Below, piece by piece: positions 41,401 to 55,399 of a stretch of 64,000 nucleotides of DNA (the first letter of the stretch is position 1; each line of letters opens with the position of its first letter). The position numbers and the translations under genes are program-made. The notes beneath the pieces were generated by a model that was not told the origin of the DNA, did no database searches, and saw only the letters and a list, made by a program, of their open reading frames with translations. This DNA comes from the human T2T-CHM13v2.0 reference genome, Homo sapiens. Location: assembly GCF_009914755.1 (NCBI RefSeq), contig NC_060942.1; one strand, written 5' to 3'.

Positions 41401-44400
41401 TTACTGCACAGAGACCTGCACTGCTCACCTTTTTTGGTGTCCTGAGCCTAGACCGCAGAGGTCCCCATCCCCGGGTGAGTGATCGATGCTGTCCCGTTGG
41501 ACAAGGTTTACTAGAAGGGTGACAGACCACAGCCCATGATACACATGTGGTGTGGGAGGAGACTTGCAGCCCGGTGCTAGGGCCTCACCCTGTCCTCACA
41601 CTTAGCTGTCGAAGTCAACTCATCTGTTCTAGAGTTCTCTTTCCAAGTTAGGAATAGATCAAACAGTAGCTCTTTGAGGAAAGCCTCTGACTTCAATGCA
41701 GTGGATTGATCATAGGTTGTAGATAATACTAGGCCTCCAAGTAAAAACAAGAATTCACAGAGTACCCTTTCATTGAGTTCGTGTGCAGATAACATAGGTC
41801 CCCATGTAATGAGGCAGGAGATTCGAGGAGGGGTGGGTGTGAGCTCCTTACAGACCTTGGCTAGAATATTCATGAACAGAAATCCAACTTGTATGTAGAA
41901 GTAATAGTAATTAATGCAGTCCTCAGGAAGCACAACAGAGGATAGGAAAACAGGTCACAGTCTTATATTCTCTTGAAACATAAGGATGTCTTTTGAAAGC
42001 CAAAAAGTGGCACTAAAATTGAACAGCTTAAATTTTCTTTCACCTACCACCTGCAGACTGCAATTGATGGTGCCTGAGTCAAGAACTGTAGTTGTGGGCT
42101 CCTATAGATCACCTGCAGGAGCTGGGCGCTGAGTCCTGGCGGGGACTCCCTGGGACTGTGTTCAGTGCAATTTGTAGCCTTACAAATGTCAGATCTTGTT
42201 ACGCCCCTGGCAGTATTGACATAAAGAATATTATTTAAAGTTTCTAAAATGTGATGAAGCTTCTAAATTTAATCTGCACTGTATTATGCACCAAAATTAA
42301 ATTGCAGGGAAAAAAGATGTGGTTGCAGTGTGTGCTTAGAAATGACTTGTCATAATGAAATTTCTTTTACCCAAACAATTAAGAGCATTTTCAAAATTTT
42401 CTGACATAGCCAAAAAGTTTTTATTTCTGTTATAGACTTAGTAGCTCTGAAAATTGCTTTATTTCCTTGATTTCAATGGACACAAATTGCATGGCTCTAT
42501 TTTTTCTTAAAATGAATATACACCATGATTACAGAAATACTAAAATGTGTCCTCTGGGGGAAAACCTCATTTTACATTGCAGCTCTGCTCATAATCCTGC
42601 GAAAGCTGGTGTGAAGCCGTCTTTTTCCGAGTTGAAGAAATGATGCCAACCAAAAACAGGTTGATGCTGCATCTTGGACACATAGGATAGTCACAGAACA
42701 GACAGACCCCATCTCACCCATAGACCGTGGAGTCAGGCAGCCACACTGTGTGTGGGCTTAGTGGTAAGGGTTTCTTCAGAGGTTTGGCATATGGAATAAG
42801 AACCAGAGATGGGATTCAAGGAGATGGAACGCTGCTCATTGCTTCCAGAGCGTAAACAGTGGTGGGGCTGCGCCAGTGGGTCCTGAAACACATCACGGGC
42901 AATAGGCTTCGAGTGTCTCGAATTAGGAGGAGACATTAGGAGGAGAGAGGATAAAGGAGAGGGAAGGAGTTCAGTTCTTTCCTAAATGGAGTGAATAAGC
43001 AGGTACTGTTAAATGATAGCCGTTTCTCACAGAAATGATGCTGGGTATAAGAAATGCTTCTGAAAAGAGGAAGAGAGACCTTTCGTATGCATATTCAGTT
43101 CTGACACATGCTTGAGTATGAGAAAGATGGTGAATGTTTTGCACAAGTGGAGATGCATAAAATCGGGCATTCTGAAACAATAGCAGCACAGTATCCTGTA
43201 TGACATTTTACATCGTCTCCTCGACACAGGGCAGACAGCACTACACCTCATGACTGCAACTTCTAAATGAATCTCAGGGACAAGGTCAGAATTTCCCCTC
43301 CCCTCTGAGTCAGCTTCCTTAAGAAGAAGTGGGTTCGAAGGGGGTTATTAACAATATAAATCGCCCTTCCTGTCAGTCAAATGCTCAGAAATGCAGGACA
43401 TGATACTGGCCGTTTTGGTGACAGAATATAAATCACCAAAGATTAAATTATTAGATAATTTGGAAACTTAACAGTTTGCATTTTGCACTTCCAATTGTTT
43501 TGCTGACTTGCACTTTTCTTGGCTGTCCAGGGTTTTATTAACCGTCTTTAAGACATCTATCACCTCCTTCCTCTTCATTTTCCAATGGGCAAATTTTCCC
43601 AGGAAGGAGAGTTGCAGCACTGATGCCTGCAGTCGCTGCTCCAGAAAGATTGCTGTATTTTCATTGACATGCCGTGCATTACCATAATTGGCTTTTCTAC
43701 ATGATAGGAGAGAGGAAATAATAATGTCATTTTATTTACAGCCAGAGTGTCGCTTTATGAGACTTCTCCAAGTTTCTGCCATGCTGTGTAGGTCAAATGA
43801 CATCTTTTGATCAGTCCTGTCCAAAGACATCAAAGCTGAGTGGCATGTAATGGAGACCTAGTGACAAACCAAATCTAGAAAAGAAATAAGACTGCCAGTT
43901 TCCCATTAAACTGCCTGCTAAACAGCGCAGCTTCCCCGTGTCGGCTACAAAACCACTCTGACCACCTAAATCAGGGGAATGAAAGGAGGCTGAATTGGAC
44001 ATTAGTACTGCAAATGACTGCGGTGATTGCCACGACTTCCCTCCTCCCCCTCCCCAAAAAATCAGCGAGCAAACCATGCGAGTTACAGTGAGACTGCTCT
44101 GTGCCCATTCATTTCCCTCCTGCCATTTGCTGGTTTTCTGATCTGGTTTATTTAGGTTTGACATCAGCCAAATGGTGTAGCGCGATGTCTCTGACAGATA
44201 TTCTTACTGATTTAAAGGGAGGCACAACTCAGGAAAGATGGATCTTCTGAGACAGGATTTCAGAGTGGCTGTTTTTCCCTTTTCCACCCCATTTTCCTCT
44301 CTTTATGATTCCAGTTGATGTGTTGTTCCTATTCACAGTCAAATCATTAGAGCCTTCAGAACTTGGGAAGAACTGTGTTTGATTGACGACAGTGAGGCTT

Positions 44401-44639
44401 CATGTTGACTGCCACATGGGCTAGGTGGCCAGCATACTGGAAATACGATTTTTAAAAAAGTCTCCTGAAACACGTATTTTATGCTAGAGATTGATAAAAG
44501 AAGTATTTCTGCTCTAATACAGCAGGGTTCACCTTCCCAGGTGATTGGGCCACATGGAAATTGACATCACATGTATGGAAAAAAGCCACAGCCTCAGTGC
44601 ATTTATCTGCATCAGTTTGCTTTGGATTACATGCAGCGT

Positions 44640-44960
44640 CTGCTCATTCTGTAATTCACTATCCAGCCTGTAGTTATGGAACAGCTACTTTGTTCCAGGC
44701 ACCATGTTAGCTGCCAGGATCCAAGGTCCACTACGATGTGGTTCTGTGCTCAAGGAGACCTGGCCCAGCAGGAAGACAGATCACTAGACCCGTGGTTACC
44801 TCCCCTGTGCTATGATTAAGTGGCTGCAGGGTGTGGGGGAATCATGAGCTGGGGGAAGTTGGGGGAGGGCCCTGAAGGCTGGCAGGTGGCAATGCTGGAG
44901 CCTGTTTGTCGAGGGGCAGCTGTCGGGTGGAGCAGAGCTGACTCCACAGAGGGAGCCTGG
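44640..44960 (-). mobile_element. L2 LINE fragment
   Basis: CTACTTTGTTCCAGGCACCATGTTAG...CTGTGCTCAAGGAG...CAGCAGGAAGACAGA. Confidence 0.5.
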
Positions 44961-45002
44961 CTGGTGTGGTTGGAAACAGACGTTTTTGATCCTCTTATTT
45001 TT

Positions 45003-45245
45003 CTATTGTAGTAAAATGTACAAAATTGATACGATATATAAAATTATATTAACTCTTATTAAGCGTACAGTTCAGTGGCATTAAATACATTTGCATTGCT
45101 GTGTAGCCATCACCACCCCATCCATTCCCAGAACTTTTTCATCTTCTCAAACTAAACTGAAACTCGGTACCCATTGAACAGTACCCCTCGTTCCCAGCCC
45201 CCCTGGCTCCCAGCAGCCACCGTTCTACCTTCTGTCTCTGTGATG
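45003..45245 (-). mobile_element. L1MB-type 3' end fragment
   Basis: TAAGCGTACAGTTCAGTGGCATTAAATACATT...AGCCATCACCACC...CCAGAACTTTTTCATCTT...CTACCTTCTGTCTCT. Confidence 0.8.
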
Positions 45246-45569
45246 AAGCCTGAGTCGACGTGGCTGGAAACAGATTCCGACAGGGCTTTGTAGCCATCCC
45301 ATAAATGGCAGTCCTGAAAATAGTGTCCTCTGTAGCCTGTCATAGCGGATACATGTGACCAGAACTTTTAGGGAGAACTACCCAAGACCAGTTTTGTTGA
45401 CTTTCATGTAGACAAGAACCTGATTTTGCAAACAGCCTATTCCGAAATTGGAATCAGTTTTAAACTCATGCCACTTACAGTTGCTGATAGAGATGGCCCA
45501 TTGCGGCATTATGATTGTGTGTCAGGTTGTGTGTCCACCCCCGGCTGTGGGGTGGACCATCTAGGTAAA

Positions 45570-45776
45570 GCCCCTGCTCCTTGTCTTACTGATGGCATGG
45601 CCTGGGGCACCTCACTTAACCTCTGTGCCTCAGTTTCCTCATATGGGAATAGAGAGTGAAATAGGATTTCCCCTTGTAGTGTCAGTGAGGAGCTAACACA
45701 GTTAATACATGTAGAGTACTTACGATGGTGGCTGGTCCAGAGGAAGGGTTCAACAGATATTAACTTGTTATTATTC
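45570..45776 (+). mobile_element. MIR SINE
   Basis: Core TCACTTAACCTCTGTGCCTCAGTTTCCTCAT, followed by TAATACATGTAGAGTACTTA...TTATTATT. Confidence 0.85.
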
Positions 45777-48700
45777 AATGACATTTTAATGCAAAGCATA
45801 ACGCTGGTTGAGCAGATATTCTGTGGGTATGAAATGTTTATCCAAGAACAAATAATTTTTTTCTCTCAAATATAGTCCTCCCAAATAAATTACAAGTGTG
45901 CTGGGAAAATACCCTTCTCTATCCAGGTGGATCATTATCCAAGAATATATTTGCTTCCTATTTGAGATTAGATTTCAATATTGCCACTGGAAAAAAATTG
46001 CTTCTGATGATTGGAGTGGGCTTCTTACCCTTTCTACAGAGAGTATATTTGCATGTGTATACTGTTTTCTTTCAGGCTACTGTCGTGAGTATTTAGGAAC
46101 TGTTAGCATCAAATATCCTTTTTTCCTACTCTGACTTGACTTTAATAACTTCCACTGTTTAGCCCACTCCCATGGTGTAGTTTAGATTTTTTTAATGTAT
46201 TTTCTTTTTTTCTGAATCTTTTCTTTCCCCGTCTGTTTTCATTAAGTGAAGCACACTCAACATTGTTCTCCAAGCATTTTCATGAGCAGAACCAAAGGAG
46301 GCCGAAGGGAAAGAGAGAACCACGGAAATGAAGTTAAAAGTTGGGAGTTGAGGACCTGTGCTTGCTTCAGCTGGTCTCAGTAAGAGACTTTCCTGCAGAA
46401 ACAAATGGGATAGAATTTGTTTTGTTTCTTATGCCCCATGAATGCATCATTTATTTTAGAAATTGTGTTACCCAAACCTTGTGCATTCTCCAGGAATCCC
46501 ACTTATAGTCTGTGTCTAGAGACGTGGTTGCAGCGTGGACTCAGGGACCTCACAGGCAGCCGATCAGAAGAAATAGGAGAAAATATCCTTAGACTAGGAA
46601 TTGTTTATACTAAATTTTTGAAAATGCAAGTAATGACTAGCATAAGGGCCCTGCGTATCACCTCGTTAAGTGGGCATCCCTCCAGCCTCTCCTTCGGATA
46701 GATCAAGGAGGAATACTGTGAAGAATGCTTGAGGCTTGAACCCAGACTAGGACTGAAGCACCTTCTTCCATCTTTTTAGCTGGGAAACTTTATCTCTCGC
46801 TTCACTCAAGGATGCAAATGAAGAGTGAAATCCACTCACCTGCAGAATTCACTTCTCTGGGTGCCCCAGGCACCCTGGGCCTGTGTCTTCCTGAGCCCCA
46901 TCCCTGGTGTGCTCAATAATGCAGCAGGATTTTGCTCCACCAAAGTGTCACCTGTCTAGGTGAGTTGTGCCCGTGCCTATCTGAAGTGACAGCCATCTTT
47001 GAGCCCCCGCGTCTCTAACTGACTTCTCTTTTATCATTCATGTTGGGAAGGTAGCATTTTCGACAAGGTTGTTTCCTCTTCCCCCTCTTCTTTTTTCTTG
47101 CCGCTCCCCCCTCCCCGCTTCCTGGTCCCCTCCCCACCCCCTTAACGCACCTGATCAAAACATTATCACTGACAAAGGTTTCTCTCTCCAAATTAAATGA
47201 GTCCAACTAGCCTGGGAATTTCCACGAAGAAAGAAAGTGAAATGCTGATGTGCGAAGTTAATGAATCTGGTAACAGAGAGAACATTATTGAGCCCGGATA
47301 ATATGATCTAGCTGCCTTCCTTCTCCGCTCGCTTCCTGTAAAGAATGTATGGAAGTCAGTTATGTGGCGTGATTCTAACATCTGTCTTACCCCATAATGG
47401 TAATTTGTATAAGTAATGGAAACAGGTTAAATACTTCCATTCCAATGTTGCCAGCAGGGATGAAAATGAACATTTCAATGAAATCATCTCGACAGAGCAG
47501 AGAGGGGAGGGGGCATAGACCGATTCATCTCCACTCCCTTTGGTGATGGGAGCCCTAATGAGAATGCTCGGATGTATAGTTTATCAGATAGAAGAGGAAG
47601 AGCACGCAGGTCTGAGAGATGAGAATCCTGCAGAACTGCGCCGGCACGCGAGGCGCCTTGGTCTCCTTTGCAGACCTTTAGCTAATAACGTGCTCTTTTC
47701 ATTCTAAGGGAGGATGAGAGGGAAAGAGGGGAGGAGGGCCAGGGATCTGTGTGCACCCCTCTGATGGGCTGCCTGCCAGGCTCATCTTCAGCTGGGCAAA
47801 ACCACAGGGCGATTCTACTAGATTTCTTAGGACTCTGCTAAAACTTAAAGGGAGGAAGGAGAACTGGTATTTTCCTCATTTCTTTGTAATTGGAAATAAT
47901 CCTCTTTCAGAGTGGCCTTCTCTTTGCCTAGAGAGTCACTTTACTTCTTTAAGTTGTTAATGTGAAGAAGAGCCATTTCACTTGGCTTGCTAGTGCTATT
48001 TAAAAAGAATTTAAGTTGGAACTCAATTCCTTGTCACTGTATCCCTATACTTGTACTCTCCTTCTAGAGAGAATATCAGGTCATCTAGCAAGGGGAATAC
48101 GTGTCCCATAGCGTCGTTGTCAATCCAAGTATGTTAATGTGGGTTGTTCAACATATTTTCATTCTAAAATGCTGCAATTGAACATTGTATTTTCCAGTAT
48201 TTCTACCTTTCTCCTATGTAGACAGTGTTATTTACTATCCAGATGAGTTAGAAATGGAAACACCTAGTCAGCTGGCCTGTCATATTAAATGCTAATATCC
48301 CAATGATTCCAAACATCCAAATTTGGGAACATTGCAAAAGCTGAGCACCTTTTATGAAGGGGATACACCTTCTGCTTTTCATCAGGATATTTTGCCACCG
48401 AGGAGGAAGAGATGGGGTACAGGGATGTTCCATAGTGCGTGTGGGTATTTGGGGTGTCTGCTAGATTTTTCAGCATAGATTTGAAGCTGACTTTTAGAAA
48501 GCAGAGCATGTTCAGGGAAGCCTTTCTTCTATTGTTGCTTCAGCTCTTTAGCAAAGCACCCACACTTGTTCATCTATCCACAGAGCAGCGATAACAGTGA
48601 GGCAGCGTTCTGGGAGTGTTCGCCTCTTATGGAATATAAAACAGGATGGTTTAAGAAAACACCTTTATTTTGTGCATAATTGGGGTACAGATTAAGATGC

Positions 48701-51700
48701 AAGTTCGAGGAGAAAACAAACCTAATTGCTCAGAGCCAGTGTTATTAAGACTCGAGGGAATTTGCAACTTCACCACATTTAGCCATTAAAAAACAAATAC
48801 AGCTGTCACTTCTCACCCATCCCTAAAAATGACTGTTGACTAGAGTGAGTCTTGTTTTCTTTAAAGAAACAAAGATGTTTTAAACAATGTTGGGCTACAA
48901 ATTGAGAAACATAATTTTTATCTGATTTGCTAAAGGTATGATGTTTGTGCCTCATATAATTACAATTTGAGATGAAAATGTTTTTCAGACGGTGTATGTG
49001 TGTTTACGTTGTAAACCGTCAGCTCACACATTGTTGGTGTCATATGAGGCTCTAACAGGGACCGTATACATTGCCTTATGTCCACTCACATTAGAACACA
49101 CAGAATTTCATGTTGCTCAGGATGACAGCATATCTTCAGGCACACATTGGCATCCAGAAGGCACATTTTATGACAACAAATATTAACAAGATTTAATTAA
49201 AGAATGAAGTCTAACCATCAGATCCAGTTGTCCCATTTCCATTTTGGGAATGGTAGGGCCTCTATAATTTTAAATGTTTTATTCACACCCATGCACATAC
49301 ACACTCACCTGCACACACTCACACCTGTGTGCGCACACGCGTGCACTCTCGCACACCCACACCCACCCACACATGCATGCGCGTGAAGGCCGGCGGCGCC
49401 TCCTCCTGGGCTGCTGGTGCTTGCTGGTTCATACGGTTCCTTGCGGTCTGTAGGGTGCTGTGCGTGTCCCCCCGATGGCAGGACACACTGTACACGCTCA
49501 CACTGTCACATTCTGCACCATCGTGCTAGGCTCAGGAAGGGTGGGGGAGTGATGGCAAAGCTGTTTTGACACAAAAAGAAATAGCAAAAATGATGATCTG
49601 GAGTCTTTGTTTTATTTGATGGGGAAAAATGTCATTTATTTCTATACGTAATTGTAAAAGAAGAATTTCATACTGCAGTTACCATTTTCAAGCTTACTCA
49701 TTCATCAGATTTTCATGAGGTGGAGGTGGGGTGATGGTGGGGGGCTGGTGACGCCAACGGTGAGGGTGTAGTGGAGAAAATGCAGAGGTGGTGACTATTT
49801 TCTGTGATTCAGTGGCCTCTCTTATAAAAATCTTTTAGTCTAAAAGATTGTATTCATTCCCCTGGTAAAGGATATTCTGATAGGTTAATCACTAGAAATA
49901 AGCATTTCTACAAATATCATAATATATTCCAGTACATTTGTACCCATAAGAACTAAAGATTGTTAGAAAACTGTAGCTTATAGTGAAAACAAAAGATTTT
50001 TGGAAAATTGTAGCTTATAATGAAAACAAAGGATTGTCACAAATAATTAGCTAAACTTGTAAGTTGTTATGTCTCTCTATATCTTTGTCTGTCTGTCTCT
50101 CTCTCTGCCAAAGTAATTTTTTTTAAAAACGGCATCTTGTAAAGCAATTATGAGAATTCACTGATAATAGTAAAAATAAACCTAATTATTAAGATAAAGA
50201 ATTTTATTTTCTGTCATGATAGTGTTGATATAACTTTTGATTCAGACACCAAATATTGTTACTAATAGGATTTAAGTAAAGTCAGGTGTCATGTTACCCT
50301 CTGTTTGGTTTCCAGTCAAGTATAGAGACAATTATGCAGGATGTGTTAGCTCATGGTTCATCACACTGATAAATAATTTCTGTCCGTAGCCACTTTTAAA
50401 GATAAAAGTTCTCCTAACCCTGTGCTGGATGTTAGTGCTAGTCTCCCATCAGTAGCAGCACAGGTGCCTGGTACACGTCCTTGCCACTTGCCTACATCCA
50501 TGCCGCGACGGCCTAGAGGCTGGCATTCCCATTTCTCTTCTGTTCCTGTGTGTTTATGGGAATAAGCTACTGGCTTTTAAAATGGAGACATATTCTGAGA
50601 CATAAGCCCTTTGTGGGTTTTGGAGACTGTGGAAGACCCCTTCACTCCTTGATTTCTCACTCCCATCCTCTGAGACCCTTGGAAAGGCCTGTAGAAGTTC
50701 ACCTTTTTGGAATAAACTTTGTGTTAAAGTATTGCAAGAGTACAGCGTGCAGTGCTGTGAAGGTAACTGGGTTATCAGGCAGCAGTAGATTTGGCGACGT
50801 TTGTTTGTAGTTCTTGGTGATGGCTGGCAGCATGTAGTCAGAGAACGAGCCAGTACTTAATCTGCGTTACGTTTCTTTACACTCATTTCAGCCATTTGAA
50901 GAGGTATGCCATGCATAAGTCTCCTCTCTGGATTTCTAAATGTTTCTCATTGGGGCGAGCCCTACCCTGGCTGATGAAAGTCCTTTTTTCGTTTCAGGGG
51001 GTCAGATAGTACCAAGTTGGAACCTGGTGTTGGCTAATATTGGGTTTGTAGACCCGGAGTCATCAGACTGCTTCAGGGTAGGATTTATCTTTCCCCAGAC
51101 GTGGGGGTAAAAACTGAAATCGGCTGATGTTTTGAGTGCAGGTCATTGGGTATGCAGGTCTTGGGGATGACTAGCTTGGTTTCTGGAGTAAGAGAACATT
51201 TCCACCATGTGTTAACATGCACTCCAGTAGTCAGCAAACAGCCACGTGCTCTCTCAGGTGCATAGAAGTGTCACTTGCTTTTTGCTGTTCTCACTTTATT
51301 TTAACTTCTTTTAATTTTTTAAGATTCTCATATAATGTCCTCTTTTTCTTCCTGACACCACTGAAAATCAAAGTTTTTCATCTTTTACATACGGTTTAAG
51401 CTCTGATTTGTGCTACTTGTTAAGTACATTGTTGACAAACTCTAGACAAAAGATTAACACCTAAAGTGCTTATTGGGAACAGCAAGAGGGTCTTAAATTA
51501 GTTTTCTTATTCCCCACTTAACTTGAAATTGAATTCAGGGGCAGTGAGAGAAAGAAGAAATTATGTTTGTTTTAAAACAGTTACCTGTGGATTCCTAATT
51601 AAAATTAGAATTGGGAAAAGCCATTAGGTCATTTTATTTGCAGACTCTGAAATTCTTAAAAATTGTTTCTATTGTTTTTTTTTTTTCTATCATGTCAGAG

Positions 51701-52771
51701 CAAAAGTAGCCTTTCAGCTTTGCTTGGCAGGGTGTCAGTCTTCCTGCAAGGAATCAGAACGATGTTAGTAAATTAGTGCGTATATTGTATTTTTACCTTC
51801 TTTCCTGATGAGGAAGGGCCACACTCTGCCTGGGTCTGCTCTCTGTGCATTTTTTTGTTTCCCAGCGTATTCTAACTTTCATCAAAACCACCTGCTCTCT
51901 CCATAACGAAGGTGACGTTACTTTATGAGTGATCAATTATAACTTTGGAAGAAAGTCTGTTTCGTAAGATTCTACAATGAATCGAAGCTGTACATTCATC
52001 ACTTAGGTGTGGGGAGGCCCCTTTTGTGAATTGGCCCCTTGGAGTAAATGTATTTTGATATAATGGCCATCTGTTCATGGGTATCACATTTGCCAGTCTG
52101 CAAAATAGTTTGATTTAGATAAACATGTAATTTGGTAAGATTATATAGTTTCACCAGGTGGCAATACAATAGTGAAATTTGGTATTTACTGTAAGGCAGT
52201 CACCAAGCAGGGACTGAAGACCTGCGTTTGTGTTTGTCACTTTTGAACATCCATTCGTCTTTCACAGCCAGCTCTCACTTACGTGTGCTAATGAGGAAAA
52301 GAGAGCTTGGGTAGACAGTTTCCTGACCTCATGGCTGTCATTTGTGTCCACCACCTCCTCCGTCAGGCCTCCAAAGAGCTCTTCACAAGGAACAGCATTT
52401 CTGCCTGGTGTGGGTTTCCCCACCTCTCTCTTCCTTCCTCTGTTCTTTGGCAGACGCTCTAATCATCAGCAAAGCCTCTGAAAGGCAGGCACGGGGAAAA
52501 GAAGAACAAGAAGGGCCCAGCCGGTCCATGGCCCGAATTTCACATCTGACTGTCGGAGCACCATCTACACAACAATTAAGACGGATGCTGGCTCAGCTTC
52601 AGTCTTAACTGAAGGGATGGGCTTGGGCTGGGATGGGCATATCATCATTTTGTTCCCATTGTTCCCATTTATTTGAGTGGCATGAAGCTAAGCAGGTTCC
52701 CATAGCCACAGGACGATGGCACATCTGTGTGCAGGATGTTTTCTGATTCATTCTGTGAGTCTGTGGGGTGT

Positions 52772-52792
52772 GAGGAGGAGGAGGAGGAGGAG
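52772..52792. repeat. (GAG)7 microsatellite
   Basis: Counted directly. Confidence 0.9.
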
Positions 52793-52799
52793 CAGGCGT

Positions 52800-53175
52800 C
52801 CTCGTTCCTTCAGGCTGTTGTAGCAGAGCACCGTAGACTGTGTGGCTGTGTGTGGACTGTGAGCAACAGACTTGTATTACTCACAGTTCTGGGCTTGGGA
52901 GGTGGGAGATCAAGGCAGCAGCAGATCTGGGAGCTGGTGAGGAGGGCCTGCCTCCTGTGTGTACGTAGATGGTGTCATCTCACTGTGTCGTCATGTGGTA
53001 GAAGGGGCAAGCCAGCTCTCTGGAGCCTTTTAAAAAATAAGGGCACTCATGCTGTTCTTGAGGGCTCTTTCCTGGTGACCTCCTAAAGGCCCTACCTCCT
53101 TCTGCCATTACTGTGGGGGGTTAGATTTCAACAGAGGAATTCGAGGGCGGGGATACAAACATTCAGACCGCAGCA
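52800..53175 (-). mobile_element. MaLR solo LTR (MST/MLT1A-like)
   Basis: CTCACAGTTCTGG...AGATCAAGG...ATAAGGGCACTCAT...GGTTAGATTTCAACA...ATACAAACATTCAGACCGCAGCA. Confidence 0.85.
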
Positions 53176-55399
53176 GCTGACAAGCACACAGTTGGGCCAC
53201 ATACTGATGGTGATGATTCTGTCATTGCCATAAATACTTCCTATAACCCCAAAAGACATTGTTCCAATGGGGACAGTGGTTGTTCCAGTGGGGAAACCGA
53301 GGTCCCAAGGAGCGAGTGAGTGTATCGGGTCACACTGTGTGTATGTATCTGAGCCTGGGCTCCTACCATGCTCTCCAGACATCAAATCCGTACCTTCCAT
53401 CTCTCTCTCCTTCTGCCACGCTAAGGGGGTGGGTGGGGGGATCTGTTCTACTAAAGAAACCACAGCAATGGCCACGTTAGTGTAAGCCCCATAGAGGCGA
53501 ACCACTGGGGTGTCAGTCCCACCCCAGTTTACTCTGTCTTTTCAGGCCCAGGCTCCTGGGGAGCACCCCTTTGGATCACCCCTGCACACATCCAGGGTGG
53601 ATTAGTGGACCTTGCTGTGTGTGACAGGTATAGCCTGGGGGTGGGTTGGAGGGGGGCTGGCTTCCCAAAGTGATTTGGCACATTCCTCCCTGATACAGAC
53701 TTAGCAAAATCCAAGCACTCCTTCCTTGCCTAGTACGGAGGCCAAGGTGCTGGGTTGCTCCTGTTTGGAGGCACCTGGGTTCTGGGTTGGAATTTCTCCT
53801 ATCTCAGGCTTTGTCCCGTGACTCCTGGCCGCCTTCTCCCCAGGTCCTAAACTCTAAATGAAACTCTGTTGATTTTCAGTCCTTCTGAGTGATTCTGGCC
53901 CTGGGATCTGGTGCTCTCTGCCTGCTCCCCAGTTTTGGAAGGGTACGGGCCCTTGTTGGGGGCCTGTGGGGGCAGAAGAACCAGAAGACTCAGCGCACCG
54001 TGAAAGACCGGGGGTGGAGGGAGGCAGAGGCTGCTTGGAGCCTGGCCTGCTGCTGCCTGGTTGAGCCTTGGGAGGGTCCTTGGCCACTCAGCTGTGACAG
54101 GGGAGATCAGAAGCGCAGGTCCTCCAGTGCTGGCTGCTGGAGGTGGTCGTCCGGAGGTGGTGCTGTGGCTCCAGTTACTATTATTATTTGTATTATTATT
54201 GAGTCCTTGGAACTAAGCCAGGCCTCGAAGGGTCTTGGAATGATGCGAGGAAGAGGGTAAGGTGAGGCCGGCAGTCAGTCACAGGTTTAATATGGAGTCT
54301 TTCATGGGGCGCCCTCCTGCCCACCTCCGTCTGTGGGGTCGTTGAGTCCCTTGCACCCACTAAGTCTGTGGCTGTCCCAAAGACCGTTCCCTTCCATGGT
54401 CACAAGAGCTTCAGACAAGAGGCCACTCTGACCAGCACTTCAGCCTCAGGGCCCCTGGCCTGGGGTGGTGGGAGAATGGTGAGGATGTGCTTTATTCGAG
54501 GGGGACAGGAGAGCTGCTTGGGGTCAGGAGGGCGGGTTCGGGCTAGTGAGAAATGGTGCCCAGTGATGTGGGGTGGAAGGGAGGCCGTCCTCCCAGCTGT
54601 CTTGAAGGTTTATGCTTCCTCGCATCTCTTGTAAGTTAGAGGGGAAAAGTTTAGCTAGTTAAAAAAATAGATATGATGAGCTAAAAGAACATAGTAGAAT
54701 AGTAAAATAGCTGAAAAATAGAAGATGATCAGGATTCAATAAACTGGAAGAGTATATGATAAAAGTATAAATGCCAGAAGGTTCAGAGGGCAAGGACAGC
54801 AGTGAGCAAACCCCATCAGCTAAGGCCTAGCATGGTGACAACTGTGTGTGGGTGAGCCGCCGGCCCTCCTGTTTGTCAGACACTGCAGCCCCTCCCATGG
54901 GAAGGCTGGATGGAGAACCCCCTGCAGTGGCTGTGGAATTGAGGAGCTGGAGCAGGAGGACGGTGGGAGGCGGCCACTGTGGTTGGGGACCTGGGGGACC
55001 TGGGGCAGAGCAGCCCAGGACAGCCTCTCTGGCTGTGCGGGGCAGGAGCTCACTCATGTTCTCAACCCAGACACCATCTGCATCCCTGATGGTTCCAAAT
55101 CCCCTTTCATTTTTAACATTAAAACACAGTAACAATTAATAAAGCCTTTCACAACATTCCTGCCCCGGGCTGGGCCCTGCCATTCTCCGTGCTCCCCAGT
55201 TCTCGGGATCTGACTGCTGGCTGTGGCTGTGGCTGGTAGACGTTCCGTGAAAGTTTGCTTCTAGCGAATTTATTCCAGTAATGGTGTTCAATGGCTAGTC
55301 CATGTTGGCTGAACTGAAAATATTGAAGATTTCAAAAATACAGATATTCGTGAAGAACCACTTCATTCAATGATAAATAACTTGTGTATTTATTATCTA

